Counted from the stretch's first letter, positions 40,430 through 50,841 are shown. The stretch: DNA of 64,000 nucleotides from Candidatus Thalassarchaeaceae archaeon (GCA_943841885.1 CALSZZ010000004.1:133894-197893), one strand, 5' to 3'. The notes: a model not told the origin generated them from the letters alone. Translations and numbers: made by a program.

Positions 40430-41848
40430 CTAAACTAGGTCTTCACCTAAATAGAATAATAATTCTGTCAACTCTTTGTTTTCAGGAAACAACTCTACTG
40501 CTTTTTGAGCCGTGAAGAAGGCAGAAATATCCTGTTCCAACTCAATTTGTGATCTTGTCAAATTAGTATATGCGACCCATCTCTTAGAGTAATTTTTCGA
40601 TGCTATAGCCTCTCTAAACCAATTAACTGCATTCTTGACATCATCTTTTTTCATTAGTATTTCTCCAATTTCATTCCATGCTTCTCCAAAATTAGGATCG
40701 GTTTCGATAGCTTTTCTTTGCCAAGCCAGAGAATCTTGATTATCTATTGAATAAGTCATACCTAGATAGCAAGCCGCTTCAGCAGAAGGCGATAGTAAGT
40801 AAGACATTCCATGATGCTCAGCTGCAATCCTAAATACTCCAATTTTTTGAAGAACATGACCCATTTTAAATAAGTCTTTAGCTATTGAATCTTTTAAAGA
40901 AATATTATCTGTTTCTAATAATATGTCTGAAGTATTCCACACTTCTTTAATAATTTCGAGCAATGATTCTGGCCCAAGCCTATCTCTAATTGGATTATCA
41001 TTGGCATGTAACCAAGCTTCTCTAGTAGCTTCTGGACTTTCTTCAATACTATTTTTAATGATATTTCTTTCAAACACAGAACTCCCACAAAGTATATTTT
41101 CAGAATAACGATCTAGCATATCAACATTCCACAAAGTTATGTGTTGACATCTAATCTCTCCAAATTCTTCTTTAGTTATTTTTTGAAGTACTGTAGAATT
41201 ATTACTTCCAATTGGAGCCCATATTTGACCATTCATGTCTATTTTACTTAACAAATTTGTAGGTATTGTAGTCAAACCCCCAGTAATTATTACCTTATCC
41301 AATAAAATATCATTTTTATTATCTATATATTCTAAACCACACCATTCTATATCACAATTCAATGCTTTCGCTACAATATCTAAGCGCAAACTTTCCCATC
41401 TATTTTGCAAAACCTCTCTTCTTACATCATCAATTTCTAATATAGTTATCTTTTTGACACCCATATGTAGTATAATTTCTGTCCACCAATTACCTCTTGG
41501 ACCTACTAATAATATACTATCATTAGTTTCAATTCCAATCATTTGAAAGATATGACCAGTTTCAAATAAGCCAGGTAAGAGAGAGTTGGGTTTTTCCAAA
41601 TCAATCCACCAAGGCAATTTTAACGCACTGCTCTCAATATTCTCTATTCTTATTGAGAGTGGAAGTGAATGTATTTCCCTAGGAGTCTTGGATAAGGCAT
41701 CTTTAACTACAGAATCTTCTAGAGTCCCCATAAATGCCAATCTTTCTATTGCTTCTGATTGAGAACATAATTTTGGCCAAGAAAAAACTTCAGGCAATAA
41801 CTCCAAATCGCAATTCGAAATGTCCCGAACTCGCCAATCCCTTTCCAT
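40430..41848 (-). CDS. Degenerate L-isoaspartyl methyltransferase-like domain fused to TPR repeats
   Basis: KTPRE, ILEID, DKVIITGG and GQIWAPIG are PIMT-like. C-terminal TPRs (KAIETDPNFGEAWNEIG). Confidence 0.7.
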   Translation of the reverse strand: MERDWRVRDISNCDLELLPEVFSWPKLCSQSEAIERLAFMGTLEDSVVKDALSKTPREIHSLPLSIRIENIESSALKLPWWIDLEKPNSLLPGLFETGHIFQMIGIETNDSILLVGPRGNWWTEIILHMGVKKITILEIDDVRREVLQNRWESLRLDIVAKALNCDIEWCGLEYIDNKNDILLDKVIITGGLTTIPTNLLSKIDMNGQIWAPIGSNNSTVLQKITKEEFGEIRCQHITLWNVDMLDRYSENILCGSSVFERNIIKNSIEESPEATREAWLHANDNPIRDRLGPESLLEIIKEVWNTSDILLETDNISLKDSIAKDLFKMGHVLQKIGVFRIAAEHHGMSYLLSPSAEAACYLGMTYSIDNQDSLAWQRKAIETDPNFGEAWNEIGEILMKKDDVKNAVNWFREAIASKNYSKRWVAYTNLTRSQIELEQDISAFFTAQKAVELFPENKELTELLFYLGEDLV

Positions 41849-41917
41849 GACATTCAGTAGCATTCGATGCTATTGAATGCAACCCACAATTCTTCTCTAC
41901 AGATACTAATTTTATTA

Positions 41918-42706
41918 CTATCTAACTAACTCATCTATCGAATTTACAACTAAATCTGGTTCGTGTGAATATAATTCTAAGTCTTTTTTAGTTGCTTCTC
42001 CTGAAAGAACTAATATTGATTTAACATTTGCTTTTTTAGCCATTTCCATATCTGTGTAAAGACGATCACCTACCATCGCACATTTTTCGGTAAGTAACCC
42101 CAAATCATTTATTTTATGAAGAATCATTTGAGGGTTTGGCTTACCACAAATATGGGTTGGCTTAACTCCAGTTGTTGCCTCGAATAAAGCCATAAAGGCA
42201 CCATTATCTGGTAAACCACCCAAAGGAGATGGACAAACCATATCTGGATGACTAGCGACTAATTTAACACCATTATGGAGATGATAGGACGCCTTAGATA
42301 ACTTATCATAATTTATCTCTGTATCATATCCAAGTACCACATATTCTGGATCTTCAGACCTTGTATCGATATTTTCTTTCTCTAACATTTCTTGCATACC
42401 AACAGTACCAACAAGGAATGTTTGAGAAACATTATTAATTTTTAACCAAGATATTAAATCATGTGTAGATAATATAATATCTTCTTTTATAGCAGGAATT
42501 TCCATATTGTTTAATTTTTCTAAATATTGATCTACAGATTTGCTAGAATTATTTGATAAGAAAAAATATTTTATATTTTTATTCTTTAATCTCTTTAAGA
42601 AATCTATAGCACCCGAAATCAATTCTCCTCCCAAGTAAATTGTACCATCTAAATCTAAAAAAACACAATCTATATCATCTAAAGAAGCATTTAATTTATA
42701 TTTCAA
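41918..42706 (-). CDS. HAD-IIA (NagD-like) phosphatase
   Basis: Motifs DLDGT, SNNS, GKP and VGDRLYTD. Confidence 0.9.
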   Translation of the reverse strand: MKYKLNASLDDIDCVFLDLDGTIYLGGELISGAIDFLKRLKNKNIKYFFLSNNSSKSVDQYLEKLNNMEIPAIKEDIILSTHDLISWLKINNVSQTFLVGTVGMQEMLEKENIDTRSEDPEYVVLGYDTEINYDKLSKASYHLHNGVKLVASHPDMVCPSPLGGLPDNGAFMALFEATTGVKPTHICGKPNPQMILHKINDLGLLTEKCAMVGDRLYTDMEMAKKANVKSILVLSGEATKKDLELYSHEPDLVVNSIDELVR

Positions 42707-42715
42707 AAAGACACC

Positions 42716-44074
42716 TCAAGGTAATAGTAGAGCTTTTACTACAAACCATTTACTATATACTCCACCAGACGCTTCTTTACCGGCAATCATTTCAGTCATC
42801 ATTTCTCTAATGGCTTCTTTTTTTGATGCCTTTTTCATGAACCAATTCATTAACCATTTCTTTTTGACCACCTTTTGAAGTGAATAAGAATTAGTTAATT
42901 CAGGCCCCAACTTATCCCATAGTTCCTTCATGTATATTTCGGCAGACTCTTCACTAAAGCCAGAACTATGTAAAGAATCATCGAAAATTTCCGATGTCAT
43001 TTTAGCAGAAACTAATGCGTTTCCGATACCTTCTCCACTAAATGGATCTACTAAACTAGCGGCATCTCCAACACACATCGCTCCAGCCATCGCACTTCTT
43101 CTTGGCTGATATGAAGGAGCAGATTTTCTTGGAGAACCAAAAGGTATTTGCCATCCCTTTTCTGTTCCTTCAACTAATCTGGCACCTTCAAAACGCTCTT
43201 TGAAAATAGGATGATTTTCTATAACATTTTTTTGCATTTTTTTCAAAGACTTTTTTATTCCATGCTGCTTTCTTTGTTCAGATATTACCATCCCTATGCC
43301 AACATTTACAGTACCATCATTTACAGGAAATATCCAAAAATATCCTGGATTAACTTCATCGATAAAGTGAATCTCTATAGAACCAGAATCTCCTTCACAA
43401 CCCTTTACATTTGTCCAATATTCTCGGTATGCTCCACAATAATGTTCGATATCTCTCATTGGCTCCTGATGAATTTCTTCGGTAATTGTTTTAGCTACAG
43501 GGCAATTATAACCTCCTGCACCAATCGTCACAGGTGAATTAAAACTGAATTCCTCTCCCTCACTATTTTTGCCTGTCACCCCGGTTATTCTTTTGACACC
43601 ACCTTCATCGGTTACTTTGATATCCTTAACTGAGAATCCTTGTATGACACTCCCTCCATTTTCTAGAACTATTTCTGTAGCTCTTTTGAACATCATGTAA
43701 TCAAATTGTATTCTAGGTAGAGAATAGCCAGCTTCTAACTTTTCAAAAGCTTCTTTTGGTAAATCAATTTTTACATTCGTCCCATTAGAAGAACTCATAA
43801 CTATAGAATCAACTCGAAAATGAGGTGTTTTTTCTATCATAACCTTAACTCCTAACTCTTTTACATGACGCAGCGATTTCCCTCCTACTGCGTCTCCACA
43901 GATTTTATCTCTTGGCCAAAATTCTTTTTCTAAAAGTAGCACTTTTCTGCCCTTCATTGCATTATATGAAGCAGCAGCAGATCCTCCAGGGCCCCCTCCA
44001 ACAACTATAACATCAAAACGAGTATTAGTATTTGGGCACAATCCAACATTTATTGGTTCAGTCCAGTCTTCCAT
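42716..44074 (-). CDS. Geranylgeranyl reductase family FAD oxidoreductase
   Basis: Motifs GGGPGG, RDKICGDA, GYFWIFP and GDAASLVDPFSGEGI. Confidence 0.9.
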   Translation of the reverse strand: MEDWTEPINVGLCPNTNTRFDVIVVGGGPGGSAAASYNAMKGRKVLLLEKEFWPRDKICGDAVGGKSLRHVKELGVKVMIEKTPHFRVDSIVMSSSNGTNVKIDLPKEAFEKLEAGYSLPRIQFDYMMFKRATEIVLENGGSVIQGFSVKDIKVTDEGGVKRITGVTGKNSEGEEFSFNSPVTIGAGGYNCPVAKTITEEIHQEPMRDIEHYCGAYREYWTNVKGCEGDSGSIEIHFIDEVNPGYFWIFPVNDGTVNVGIGMVISEQRKQHGIKKSLKKMQKNVIENHPIFKERFEGARLVEGTEKGWQIPFGSPRKSAPSYQPRRSAMAGAMCVGDAASLVDPFSGEGIGNALVSAKMTSEIFDDSLHSSGFSEESAEIYMKELWDKLGPELTNSYSLQKVVKKKWLMNWFMKKASKKEAIREMMTEMIAGKEASGGVYSKWFVVKALLLP

Positions 44075-44103
44075 GCCTTCTCACCATGTCACCGGAGAAG
44101 GCA
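44074..44103 (-). promoter_or_regulatory. 9-bp inverted repeat overlapping the SD and the A of the ATG of the reductase gene
   Basis: TGCCTTCTC-N12-GAGAAGGCA. Confidence 0.4.
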
Positions 44104-44157
44104 CATCCATTCAAAGTCTACCATTGACTTGATTCGTTAACCCCCCTTCAGAGTGGT

Positions 44158-44472
44158 ATGGATAAAACAATGTGGCTAGTGCAAACAACCCTCCCAGGAA
44201 ATATGATCGAACCAATGATTGGTGATTGGTCTACAGATTTCGTTAGAGATGGCTTAACTAAATGTGTTCAAAGGAGTAGGATAAATTCTATTTATGAATG
44301 GGGGAAAAATATTCAAAATTCTGAAGAGTGGCGATTACAAATGAAGGTAACAAATAATAATAAAGATATTTTAATCAAACTTATCAAGGAAAAACATCCA
44401 TATGATTTACCTCAAATAATATATTGGAAAGTAGAAGCTACATCTGATTATGCAAGATGGGTTGAAGAATAA
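44158..44472 (+). CDS. cutA: Divalent-cation tolerance protein CutA
   Basis: VQTT, CVQ, SIYEW, EE and HPYDLPQII. Confidence 0.88.
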   Translation: MDKTMWLVQTTLPGNMIEPMIGDWSTDFVRDGLTKCVQRSRINSIYEWGKNIQNSEEWRLQMKVTNNNKDILIKLIKEKHPYDLPQIIYWKVEATSDYARWVEE

Positions 44473-44490
44473 TACCTTCACGCACATACA

Positions 44491-45156
44491 ATGGATTGGA
44501 ACAATCTCCTCAAACCAGCAAAAAAAGTTCCAGACACAAGTTGGAGCTCTCCAGATCCAATGTCATTGAAACCTAAAATTAGTACACTTACCATCTTGAT
44601 TATTGGGTTATGGATTTTTGGAACCGGAGATGCGATTATCGTTGCTGCAGGATTAGGTGTAGCTCCTTGGACCGTTCTTGCACAAGGTATAGCAGAACAA
44701 ATCAATTGGACATTAGGACAAACAACATTCCTAGTGAGCGTAATAGTTCTTTTTTTATGGATTCCAATAAAAGAGAGGCCTGGACTAGGTACAATTTTGA
44801 ATGCTGTCTTAATTGCACTAGCAATAGATGTGATGATGCCATATCTACCTAATCCAGATTCGTATATCTTTCAAATGATACAAGTTTTGATTGGTACCAT
44901 ATTTGTTGGTATTGGAAGTGGACTATATCTAACTGCTAATCTAGGACCAGGACCTCGGGATGGATGGATGACGGGTATTCAGAGAATAACAAATATCCCT
45001 ATTGCTAGAGTAAGAGCAAGTATCGAGATAATAGTATTATTTTTAGGTTATTATCTTGGGGGAACATTGGGTATTGGAACTATAATTTTTGCATTATTAA
45101 TCGGGCATATAGTCGCTATTTCTCTACAATTAACAGGCCGTTTTGGTGGAAATTAA
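44491..45156 (+). CDS. YczE/YitT-like membrane protein
   Basis: LGVAPW, PGLGT, LGPGPRDG and GIGT. Confidence 0.85.
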   Translation: MDWNNLLKPAKKVPDTSWSSPDPMSLKPKISTLTILIIGLWIFGTGDAIIVAAGLGVAPWTVLAQGIAEQINWTLGQTTFLVSVIVLFLWIPIKERPGLGTILNAVLIALAIDVMMPYLPNPDSYIFQMIQVLIGTIFVGIGSGLYLTANLGPGPRDGWMTGIQRITNIPIARVRASIEIIVLFLGYYLGGTLGIGTIIFALLIGHIVAISLQLTGRFGGN

Positions 45157-45205
45157 ATTTTTTCCTATCCGTTTATTTGATTCGTGAAGACCTCTTCGGT
45201 CAAGT

Positions 45206-46408
45206 ATGGCCAACACAGACAACAACAAGAAATTTGGAACCAATGCGATTCATTCGGGTACAAACCCTATCGGTGGAGGAGTAAACACTCCTGTTTTCTT
45301 ATCTTCAACATATCATCTTTCTGATGAAAGATATGCTGGTTGGGCAGCAGGGGCACAACATACAATGTTATATTCTAGATTATCAAGTGTAAATTCAGAA
45401 GCTGTGGCTTCTAAATTGGTTGCCCTAGAAGGAGCTGAAGATGGAGAAGTATTCGCAAGTGGAATGGCTGCAATTTCTACAACTCTACTAGGTCTTCTAA
45501 GTAGTGGAGATCATATTATCGCGAGCCCTGATGTATATGGAGGGACATATGGTTTATTGACAGAGGATTTACCACGTTTTGGAATTGAAGTAACAATGGC
45601 CGATATCAGAGATCCTTCTTCATATGAGGCCGCTATTAAAGATAATACAAAAATGATTTATGTAGAAACACTAACAAATCCAGTTTTGAAAGTATGCGAT
45701 CTAGATGCAATGGCCGATATAGCGAAACGACACAATCTAATTTCTGTCGTAGACAATACGTTCGCATCACCTTGGGGGTGTAACCCCATTAAGCATGGTT
45801 TTGATTTAGTTATTCATTCAGGTACAAAATATTTAGGAGGTCATTCAGATTTAATTGCAGGACTTGTAGTTGGTAAAAAAGAACTAATTGCAAGTATATT
45901 TCCTAAAAAAGTTCATTTTGGAGGAGCAGCAGATCCTCATATGTGCTATTTATTGGAAAGAGGTATGAGAACATTACATGTAAGAATGCCAATCCATACA
46001 TCAAATGCTAAAGAGTTAGCTAGTAGATTATCGGATCATACTATGATTGAAAATGTGAACCATGTTTCTTTACCAAATTTTTCAGATTATAAATTAGCAA
46101 AAGAGATAATGCCTAGAGGAAGTGGCATGATATCTTTTGTAATCAAAGGGGGTGATGCAGCAGCTTTGAAATTCATGAAATCACTAGGAATGATACTGGA
46201 AGCAACAAGCCTTGGAGGAGTAGAAAGTTTAGTCGAGTGCCCGTTCAACTCTAGTCATATGTTTATCCCTGAAGATGTAAGAAATGAAGCAGGGATTGTC
46301 TCAGGATTTGTACGTATGAGCGTGGGAATAGAAGATATTGAAGATATTTGGGCGGATGTAAATCAGGCCCTATTAACCACTGAAAACTTTGTTACGAGTA
46401 TTGCTTGA
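45206..46408 (+). CDS. PLP-dependent trans-sulfuration enzyme (methionine gamma-lyase / cystathionine gamma-lyase family)
   Basis: YSR, FASGMAAI, YGGT, ETLTNP, DNTF, HSGTKYLGGH, SLGG and RMSVGIE. Confidence 0.92.
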   Translation: MANTDNNKKFGTNAIHSGTNPIGGGVNTPVFLSSTYHLSDERYAGWAAGAQHTMLYSRLSSVNSEAVASKLVALEGAEDGEVFASGMAAISTTLLGLLSSGDHIIASPDVYGGTYGLLTEDLPRFGIEVTMADIRDPSSYEAAIKDNTKMIYVETLTNPVLKVCDLDAMADIAKRHNLISVVDNTFASPWGCNPIKHGFDLVIHSGTKYLGGHSDLIAGLVVGKKELIASIFPKKVHFGGAADPHMCYLLERGMRTLHVRMPIHTSNAKELASRLSDHTMIENVNHVSLPNFSDYKLAKEIMPRGSGMISFVIKGGDAAALKFMKSLGMILEATSLGGVESLVECPFNSSHMFIPEDVRNEAGIVSGFVRMSVGIEDIEDIWADVNQALLTTENFVTSIA

Positions 46409-46416
46409 GGTTTGTT

Positions 46417-47013
46417 ATGACTTCAACCGGTTTGCTTGCAATTTTAATTTTCATTATACCAATGTGTTTCACACCCGGACCTAATAATTTATTATGTGCT
46501 GCACATGGTTCTCAACATGGATTTCGTCGTACAATTCCTCTTACAATAGGAATGGCAATTGGCTGGAGTACGTTGGGAATATTTGTTGCTATAGCCGCTG
46601 ATTATATTGAAGAAGAACAAGAGATATTTCGTATACTAACTTATTTTGGAGCCGTATACATATCTTACTTAGCATATAATATAGCTACATCTTCTACGGT
46701 TAAAGATGAATACAGTACAGAACTTTTGGGGATAAAAACTGGAATATTATTACAGGTAGTAAATGGGAAAGCTTGGATACATTTTTTGGTACTGATGGCT
46801 ATCCCATTTACTCTTTTTGGTACGGGTTTAAGTGGTAAAATAGCATTAGTTTTTTTAAATTTATTTTTTGGGCTTCCAGCGGTTTTAAGCTGGTCTTATT
46901 TTGGAACCATATTAAGAAAGTTTTTCAATTCACCTTCCAAAGTAAAGTGGCTCAATTATTCACTAGGAATTTCTCTTTTTGGGGTAGCACTATGGATTGC
47001 TTTACCTCATTAA
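46417..47013 (+). CDS. LysE family translocator
   Basis: TPGPNN and QVVNGKAW. Confidence 0.85.
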   Translation: MTSTGLLAILIFIIPMCFTPGPNNLLCAAHGSQHGFRRTIPLTIGMAIGWSTLGIFVAIAADYIEEEQEIFRILTYFGAVYISYLAYNIATSSTVKDEYSTELLGIKTGILLQVVNGKAWIHFLVLMAIPFTLFGTGLSGKIALVFLNLFFGLPAVLSWSYFGTILRKFFNSPSKVKWLNYSLGISLFGVALWIALPH

Positions 47014-48719
47014 TATTCAAAACTAGATCCAGAAACTTCTGCAAGCCATTTCATAGCCGATTTATAGTCAATAACCGCTTCTAAATTATCATTAATTAAC
47101 AAATCCTCTGCTGCATCCCACAGCGCTTGCAATGCTGGCACCCAATCGCCCCCCTTGTCTCTGCTAGATTCATCAAATCTCCAAGCATCTGATTCAGTTC
47201 TCTCATGTACATTTAACCAGGCCCAACCCATCGCCATCTCAAGCCCCTTTCCCTTTCGAGCCTTTGAAACAGTAGAGGCAACACCATTTTCTATTGCCTT
47301 TCTTATTAAGAAATCTGCAAAACTCAAAGGAGACACAAGCGAGCCTTCTTTCCAAGGTAAACGATTTAATTGCTGTGAGATAGATATAGATTGTTTTAAT
47401 TCTCTCAAAAAAGCACCAAAGCCTTGTTTTCTTTGCGTTTGCGAATCTATTATATTTTGAGCCTCATCGTCGCTTATTTGATATAGCCTTTCCAAAATAA
47501 TATGACCATACTTGGGCCAAAGAGCAACTAAAACAGGATGACATGCAGAGTCTTCAAAACGTACAACTTCTTCTTCCAGATCTATTACTACACCATCAGA
47601 TCTCACATGAATGCCACATTCAAGAGAATCAATGACACAAGAAATAGCTTCTTTCTCATCTTCAGTTCCATTCATGTACTCCAACATTTTTATTAAATTT
47701 TCTGAATCATACCAGGAACTACCAACCACAAAACCATCTGTTATTGAATTTAATATACTAATTCTACATGCATTTGCTAATTTTTTATCATCATAAATCA
47801 TCAATAACCATTGTTGTATTACTTCCTCCACTTTTTCCAGGCCTTCAGCAGGTAATTCTTTATCATTCGGCCATCCTTCTGGTTTCCACACCCACTCTGA
47901 TTCTACAATAGAACTTATTTTTGGTGGCATCATTGACATAGCGACACTTTGGACAAAGGACTCCTTAGTTGATATTAGGGATTCTTTTGATATTCCAATG
48001 ATCACACCATTTCCAAATTCTAATCTTAGCCACCCACTATTTGTAAATAATTTATCATCAATTATTGATTCGCTCAAACCTTTTGACCACTTAGTTTTCT
48101 GACCTACTAATTCTATAGATGAATTATCCAAAACATATTCTATCCAATCGTCGGGAGGATTTGGTTCTTTACCTGTAAAAACAAAACCTTTGTCCCATGA
48201 AAAAAACCATTGTCCTGCCTTTGCATGGTCATCCCAAACTAGCATTCTTAATTTAGAATGATTAAAATTTTGAATTCCAGCCAGATGACTTTGTTTACCT
48301 CCACCTCTTCGAATATAACTTGCAGAACCAAATAAAGGATTTTTGAAAACCGATACAGTAGAAAAATCATCACCAGAAGCCGCCAATAAACTACCTGCCA
48401 AAGCTCTTGAAACTACATCTCCACTTTTTTTTGACATTCTTTTTGTTAACCATTTTTTATCATGTCTTTTTTTTGATACCATATCAATATCTTCTAATGT
48501 AAGTGCCATTAGATCTTTATTTCTACCAAAAAATGTTTTTTTTGTTACAGCACCGTTTATATCTGGTAAGAAAATTTCGGGGTCTTCTAATAATTCGGAC
48601 AAATTCTTTTCTAATCTTTTTTGAATGTCTTTTGATGCCTTTTTTATTCCCCTAACTCTAACCTTCTTCCTACGATTTTTATCGCCAGGAAAACTAACTT
48701 GAGCGGGTGGCTTTGCCAT
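47010..48719 (-). CDS. Hypothetical protein (569 aa), basic N-terminus
   Basis: Long ORF with a plausible SD (GAGGT); no recognisable motif. Confidence 0.75.
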   Translation of the reverse strand: MAKPPAQVSFPGDKNRRKKVRVRGIKKASKDIQKRLEKNLSELLEDPEIFLPDINGAVTKKTFFGRNKDLMALTLEDIDMVSKKRHDKKWLTKRMSKKSGDVVSRALAGSLLAASGDDFSTVSVFKNPLFGSASYIRRGGGKQSHLAGIQNFNHSKLRMLVWDDHAKAGQWFFSWDKGFVFTGKEPNPPDDWIEYVLDNSSIELVGQKTKWSKGLSESIIDDKLFTNSGWLRLEFGNGVIIGISKESLISTKESFVQSVAMSMMPPKISSIVESEWVWKPEGWPNDKELPAEGLEKVEEVIQQWLLMIYDDKKLANACRISILNSITDGFVVGSSWYDSENLIKMLEYMNGTEDEKEAISCVIDSLECGIHVRSDGVVIDLEEEVVRFEDSACHPVLVALWPKYGHIILERLYQISDDEAQNIIDSQTQRKQGFGAFLRELKQSISISQQLNRLPWKEGSLVSPLSFADFLIRKAIENGVASTVSKARKGKGLEMAMGWAWLNVHERTESDAWRFDESSRDKGGDWVPALQALWDAAEDLLINDNLEAVIDYKSAMKWLAEVSGSSFEY

Positions 48720-48731
48720 ACTAAACCTACC

Positions 48732-49553
48732 TCAACCCACCACACGTCTACGATTGAATGCTTCCTTTTCCATTTCTGAAAATTTAGCTGGTATAATCAT
48801 ACAATGTATGTTGCCTTTATTTAGAGAAGATAATTTAGACAACTCTCCTGAACTAACTCTTTGATCTTTTGTTCCGATATCACTTAGCAATATTCCTCTC
48901 CAATTTATTGGTTCAATTGACGTTTTCGGAATGACCTCTTCAAAGATTAGTTTATCATACATCCTTTGTAAAATATCTATTGCATCTTTTGGTTTCATTG
49001 GCTGAGGAGTTTCGATACCCATTCCAGTAGGGTCTAAATCAAACAATACAAGCGTATGTAAATCACTGATTTGATTTTTATAAATCATTTCAAGAGGCGA
49101 AGTAGGTAAATAATTTCCATATCTAAAAGGAATTGTGACTTGTCTGCCAAATTTATAAGACTGTAATCCAGACATTGAAACCGCTAAAGAAGTGGCAGAT
49201 AAACCAGGGATTACATTGAAATTTATTTCTTCATCATAGCAATGTAATTCTAAATCAATATGAGTTGTTGCCTGCATTGGATCTCCAACAACAAGAATAC
49301 ATATTGAATTATCTTTGGCCTCCTCAAGTATTTTTTGAGGATTTTCTATATCATTTCTCATGACTCTCTCCCATGGGCCAATAATTTCTTCTAATTTTTC
49401 TTCTTCCTCTTTAGGTAATTTAGAAGTATATCCTTCTAAATACCTCTTAGAACACAGTTTTGCAATATCTCTAGCTTCAAGTGTCATTTGTTGCAAGTTT
49501 CCTGGGCCAAGTCCTATCAGCCACAATCCAGAGGACACTTCGGCAACCGTCAT
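48732..49553 (-). CDS. dph5: Diphthine synthase
   Basis: LIGLG, LEGYTS, GDPMQATTH, GLQSYKFG and HTLVLFD. Confidence 0.93.
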   Translation of the reverse strand: MTVAEVSSGLWLIGLGPGNLQQMTLEARDIAKLCSKRYLEGYTSKLPKEEEEKLEEIIGPWERVMRNDIENPQKILEEAKDNSICILVVGDPMQATTHIDLELHCYDEEINFNVIPGLSATSLAVSMSGLQSYKFGRQVTIPFRYGNYLPTSPLEMIYKNQISDLHTLVLFDLDPTGMGIETPQPMKPKDAIDILQRMYDKLIFEEVIPKTSIEPINWRGILLSDIGTKDQRVSSGELSKLSSLNKGNIHCMIIPAKFSEMEKEAFNRRRVVG

Positions 49554-49581
49554 TCTGAAGCGCGCTACGTCCTCCCCCGTG

Positions 49582-50754
49582 ATGAATATGATGCAACATC
49601 TCCAAGTACCCAATCGCGATGTTGAGTATGTATTCAGCATTTTAAAAAAAAATAATTTACTTGCAGAGGGTAAATTAATTTATCCAAGTATTGATAGAAA
49701 ATTCAGATTAATACCTTTGAGTGAAAATATACCAAATATACCAAAAGAATTATCTAAATATGAAGTAATTTATGCCAAATACAAAGTTGATAACAGAATA
49801 GATACGAATTGGTTAACACACTTATCACTTTTAATTAATATCGATGATTTTGAAAAATTTCAACAATTATGGCCCTCATCTCATGAATTTGTTGGAGATA
49901 TGATGATAATAAAATTAGATAAAACAATATTACAATTCTCTTCACAAATTGCAAAAGCAAAGTTGATGGCACATCAAAATTTAAGATTAATATTATCTGA
50001 TCAAGGAGTTATGGGAGAACTACGTATAAGGGAACTGATGCCGATAGCTGTTAGACATAAGAATACCATAATAACAGAAAATATACCTAATGAGCTCTGC
50101 AATACAAAGGTTACAGTGAAAGAGTCTGGTTTGGAAATCATATGCGACCCAAAAAAAGCTTATTTTTCTACAAAATTACAAACTGAAAGACAAGAAACAC
50201 TTTCCTTTGCCAAAGAATTAAGAGATATGCTTGGTCGAAAAATAAATGTTTGCGATCCATTTTGTGGAGTAGGGCCAGCAATTTCTTCATTATTAAATCA
50301 ACAAGATTTAGTAAATAATTTACTTTCTTCCGACTTAAATCCGGAAGCAGTCCAACTTCTGTTTGAAAATCTTACTAAGTGGGATAAAAAGCCATATCCA
50401 TCAGAAGCAGTAGATGTTGAATGGGTATATCCAAATCGTTTGGTAGGAACAGGGGATGTTGTAAAGTTGGTTACCAATACAGAATATTTAGGAAGATGGG
50501 ATATGATATTAATCAATTTGCCTCATCGAACATTAGAATTATTACCTCTCATTATTCCACTTTTGGATACTTCTTCTGCTTCACTAATCAGAGGAAGGAT
50601 AGTTGTAGAAGAAAAAGACATTGATACAACAAACAAAATTATCCAAGAAATATTGCCTAAATGCATTCATAATAAACCAAAACCAAAATTAACAATCAAA
50701 CGTGATTATAGTTCAAAACTTCGCCTTTGTTCTTTCGAAGCATGGCTGGAATAA
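49582..50754 (+). CDS. Trm5/TYW2 (Met-10+) family tRNA methyltransferase
   Basis: VGD, KESG, AYFS..TER, DPFCGVGP, DLNP and NLP. The ORF-track start overlaps dph5 and was trimmed. Confidence 0.82.
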   Translation: MNMMQHLQVPNRDVEYVFSILKKNNLLAEGKLIYPSIDRKFRLIPLSENIPNIPKELSKYEVIYAKYKVDNRIDTNWLTHLSLLINIDDFEKFQQLWPSSHEFVGDMMIIKLDKTILQFSSQIAKAKLMAHQNLRLILSDQGVMGELRIRELMPIAVRHKNTIITENIPNELCNTKVTVKESGLEIICDPKKAYFSTKLQTERQETLSFAKELRDMLGRKINVCDPFCGVGPAISSLLNQQDLVNNLLSSDLNPEAVQLLFENLTKWDKKPYPSEAVDVEWVYPNRLVGTGDVVKLVTNTEYLGRWDMILINLPHRTLELLPLIIPLLDTSSASLIRGRIVVEEKDIDTTNKIIQEILPKCIHNKPKPKLTIKRDYSSKLRLCSFEAWLE

Positions 50755-50765
50755 AATGACTTTAT

Positions 50766-50841
50766 TGGCGCCCCGACCGGGATTTGAACCCGGGTCGCAG
50801 CCTCGACAGGGCTGCATGATAGGCCACTACACCATCAGGGC
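50766..50841 (-). tRNA. tRNA-Asp(GTC), CCA encoded
   Basis: Minus strand GCCCTGATGGTGTAGTGGCCTATCATGCAGCCCTGTCGAGGCTGCGACCCGGGTTCAAATCCCGGTCGGGGCGCCA forms a cloverleaf. Confidence 0.95.

Noticed and set aside
49360..49640. Apparent 280-nt head-to-head overlap of dph5 and the trm5-like gene
   Set aside because: An artefact of longest-ORF starts; recognisable sequence begins at 49553 (-) and about 49582 (+).
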